DNA of 64,000 nucleotides from Cyanophyceae cyanobacterium. GTDB taxonomy: Bacteria; Cyanobacteriota; Cyanobacteriia; Cyanobacteriales; JBHJGN01. Location of the stretch: assembly GCA_050331735.1 (NCBI GenBank), contig JBHJGN010000077.1, positions 1 through 64,000 on the forward strand, given 5' to 3'. Numbering within the stretch: the first letter of the stretch is position 1; each line of letters begins with the position of its first letter. This document shows, one piece after another, positions 61,994 to 64,000 of this stretch. The position numbers and the translations under genes are program-made. Under the pieces are notes generated by a model. The model was not told the DNA's origin, searched no databases, and worked only from the letters and a program-made list of their open reading frames with translations.

Positions 61994-62020
61994 AGCTGCC
62001 TTTCCTTTTTCTACAGGTCA

Positions 62021-62048
62021 ACCCCTCTAAAGCTAGTTTTAGAGGGGT
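62021..62048. terminator. Hairpin downstream of petE (terminator or stabiliser)
   Basis: ACCCCTCTAAA / TTTAGAGGGGT 11-bp stem. Confidence 0.55.
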
Positions 62049-62077
62049 CGATTACCAAAAATCCACGCGGAGATTAA

Positions 62078-62488
62078 TTATTCCACAGTGATTTTAGCGA
62101 CCATACCAGCGCCTCGGTGAGGCTGGCAGTAGTAAACATACTCTCCAGCAGGAGCATCATCTGGGAAAGTAGATTTGTAGGAGTCCCCGCTAGAAAACAG
62201 CAGCTTATCGTGAGAAAGATTCTTGCTCAGATCTTTAGCGGCATCGGGGACTTTGGAGACATCAAAAACGGCGTTATGAGGAGCGAGTTTATTATTGACC
62301 CACTCTACCGTGTCCCCAGGCTTAATGGTTAAATTTTCAGGGACAAACTTGAGTTGACCATTGTCGGTCCCCATTTTAACGGTATGAGTCTCTGCGGCAG
62401 CCGGAGCAGCGGAAAAAACGAAACTGCTAACTACAAGCAGGACCGTAGACAAAAATAAGGCTAGTCTTGACATCATTGTTGCTTTCAT
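62078..62488 (-). CDS. petE: Plastocyanin
   Basis: Signal peptide, PHN and [11 protein letters not shown] copper ligands. Confidence 0.97.
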   Translation of the reverse strand: MKATMMSRLALFLSTVLLVVSSFVFSAAPAAAETHTVKMGTDNGQLKFVPENLTIKPGDTVEWVNNKLAPHNAVFDVSKVPDAAKDLSKNLSHDKLLFSSGDSYKSTFPDDAPAGEYVYYCQPHRGAGMVAKITVE

Positions 62489-62637
62489 TCTTTTACCTTT
62501 TGTTACAATTCTATCTTGAAATTCACTAAGAACTTAAAAAATTGCTCACGAATGAATGGCTCAGTTCAGTGCTGAGTAAGTTGACGTTTGGGAATGCGGA
62601 GGTCAGCATTGAGGACGTAGCGAATAACATCCTCGCG

Positions 62638-63126
62638 TTAGTTATAAACCTTACCGCCTCCCCACATTTTGCCGCGAACTTTGGGCTGAATCAAAATGTG
62701 TCCAGCAATCGCTTTAAGATCTTCGTCAGTCAGATTGCGCATTTCTGGATAGAGGTCAGCTCTTTCTGTATTGGGATGCAGAAGGGTAATTTCTGCTTCC
62801 CCATCGTAGGTAACAGGATGTTTCATGTAGTCTACAAGAGCCACAATGTTATCTTTCGGAGGTTCTGCCCCCGCCAGAGTTTCTAAACCCAATCCAACGT
62901 TAGGATTCGTTTTCGTTCTGCCTCCCGCATGACACTGAGAACAGGTATCGTTAAACAGGCGCTTGCCTCGCTCTACCTCTTCAACAGAAAGAACAGTTTG
63001 CTGTCCTGATTCATTCAGCGTGACTGTCCGAATCTCGGGATCAACTTCAACAGCGGCTGCACTACCGATCCCTTGCAACGCAAAGCAGAGGGTAACTACA
63101 GCTACTAAAAGCAATCGTTTTAGCAT
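62638..63126 (-). CDS. psbV: Cytochrome c550 of photosystem II
   Basis: CSQCH, TKTNPNV, HP and WGGGKVY; start at MLKRLL. Confidence 0.95.
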   Translation of the reverse strand: MLKRLLLVAVVTLCFALQGIGSAAAVEVDPEIRTVTLNESGQQTVLSVEEVERGKRLFNDTCSQCHAGGRTKTNPNVGLGLETLAGAEPPKDNIVALVDYMKHPVTYDGEAEITLLHPNTERADLYPEMRNLTDEDLKAIAGHILIQPKVRGKMWGGGKVYN

Positions 63127-63212
63127 TATTCTCCTCGAATTTGACCTAGTGATGAGCACCAAAAAACAGAGGTTTAATCTTCGCTCTTGAGGAAACTCAT
63201 AATTTTCTGGCA

Positions 63213-63410
63213 TTACTGAACAGCGTTGGTTTTGTTTGACTGTACTTCAGACAAAATTTGAGCAATGACTGCTTTGGCATCTTCTAATGCTAAACAGGTC
63301 TGTTCGTTTTTATAGGTAATTCCTGAGCGATCGCAAAGATGAAAGACATCCTCGACTGCCAGATCGTACTCGGCGGCAATATCCGCAATTGACAGCTCTG
63401 CAAAACCCAT
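63213..63410 (-). CDS. Small cyanobacterial protein (IF-2 N-terminal-like) upstream of psbV
   Basis: MGFAELSIADIAAEY...LALEDAK. Confidence 0.75.
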   Translation of the reverse strand: MGFAELSIADIAAEYDLAVEDVFHLCDRSGITYKNEQTCLALEDAKAVIAQILSEVQSNKTNAVQ

Positions 63411-63674
63411 AACTAATCGTTTGCCTAGAGGGTAAAGATTAAACGGTACTGATCAATATCATGCCATTTTATCAACACATTTCTTCAAGAGGCTTCTAAT
63501 CATTCGATTGACAGCAAGTTTCTGAGCAGACGCCCTTGAGCAAGACGTGTCGTCCGTCAAGCTTAATTTTGATAAACAAGAGCAGATGATGTTCAATAAC
63601 GCTTCTCCCCAGAGCCACCCTACTCGGACCTGAAAAACTTTAGCATAGGAGTAATGCCCTCTTCCTTAGCCGTT

Positions 63675-64000
63675 ATGACTCTCACTGAACGAATCCTCTC
63701 GCCACTTCCCGGTAATGTCTTAGCCAGATTACGACAAGCTGACCAGATGTGGCACAATCTGCGCGGAGGAAATCACGAAATTCCCGAGGTAATCACAGAA
63801 AGTAAAGAATCTTTAAGCTGCGAATGGGATGTGATAATCAGTGGCGGAACCCTCGGGATTCTTCTCGCCACTGTGCTTCAAAAACAGGGCTGGCAAGTCG
63901 CTTTACTAGAGCGAGGGTTCCTCCGAGGCAGAGATCAGGAGTGGAACATTTCGCGGCAAGAATTAACGGTGTTTCTAGAGCTAGACCTGCTTACAACGGC
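63675..64000 (+). CDS. cruP: CruP/CruA-type lycopene cyclase-like flavoprotein, 5' part (runs off the window)
   Basis: MTLTERILSPLPG...DVIISGGTLG...ERG.LRGRDQEWNISRQEL. Confidence 0.7.
   Translation, partial: MTLTERILSPLPGNVLARLRQADQMWHNLRGGNHEIPEVITESKESLSCEWDVIISGGTLGILLATVLQKQGWQVALLERGFLRGRDQEWNISRQELTVFLELDLLTT

Overview
Cyanobacterial chromosome segment: it has frequent HIP1 GCGATCGC octamers, the psbA 3' end, psbV, petE and cyanoexosortase B. A purine-nitrogen scavenging set is scattered over 1.6-37.4 kb (uraH, 8-oxoguanine deaminase-like amidohydrolase, SLH porin, GntR, GGCT-fold protein, allantoate amidohydrolase-like hydrolase, NCS2 permease, hpxO, uraD). Four copies of a 15-bp TGYATAC-N-GTATRCA operator and two NtcA-like boxes link several of these promoters. 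Two blocks interrupt the set. The first is a partly decayed ABC-exported glycan cluster (2-12.7 kb). The second is an immunity-like island (about 20-32 kb) with a Bell-like protein and a NACHT protein sharing a matching RHIM/BASS-like amyloid motif, a kinase-STAND-GAF-AAA_35 giant, a PvdP-like tyrosinase, an HTH-AAA_35 protein, and a WD40-NLR collapsed at a HIP1 site. The island's two downstream operons share an ATGAG repeat array placed exactly 22 nt upstream of a -10 box, suggesting one STAND-controlled regulon; this is the best candidate for an undescribed system. Further right are an uncharacterised DJ-1/cholesterol-oxidase-like/GlgX/AGE-STAS operon, MITE-like and composite repeats, an EPS/exosortase locus and photosynthesis genes. 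All protein calls come from motif recognition by eye; no searches were run.
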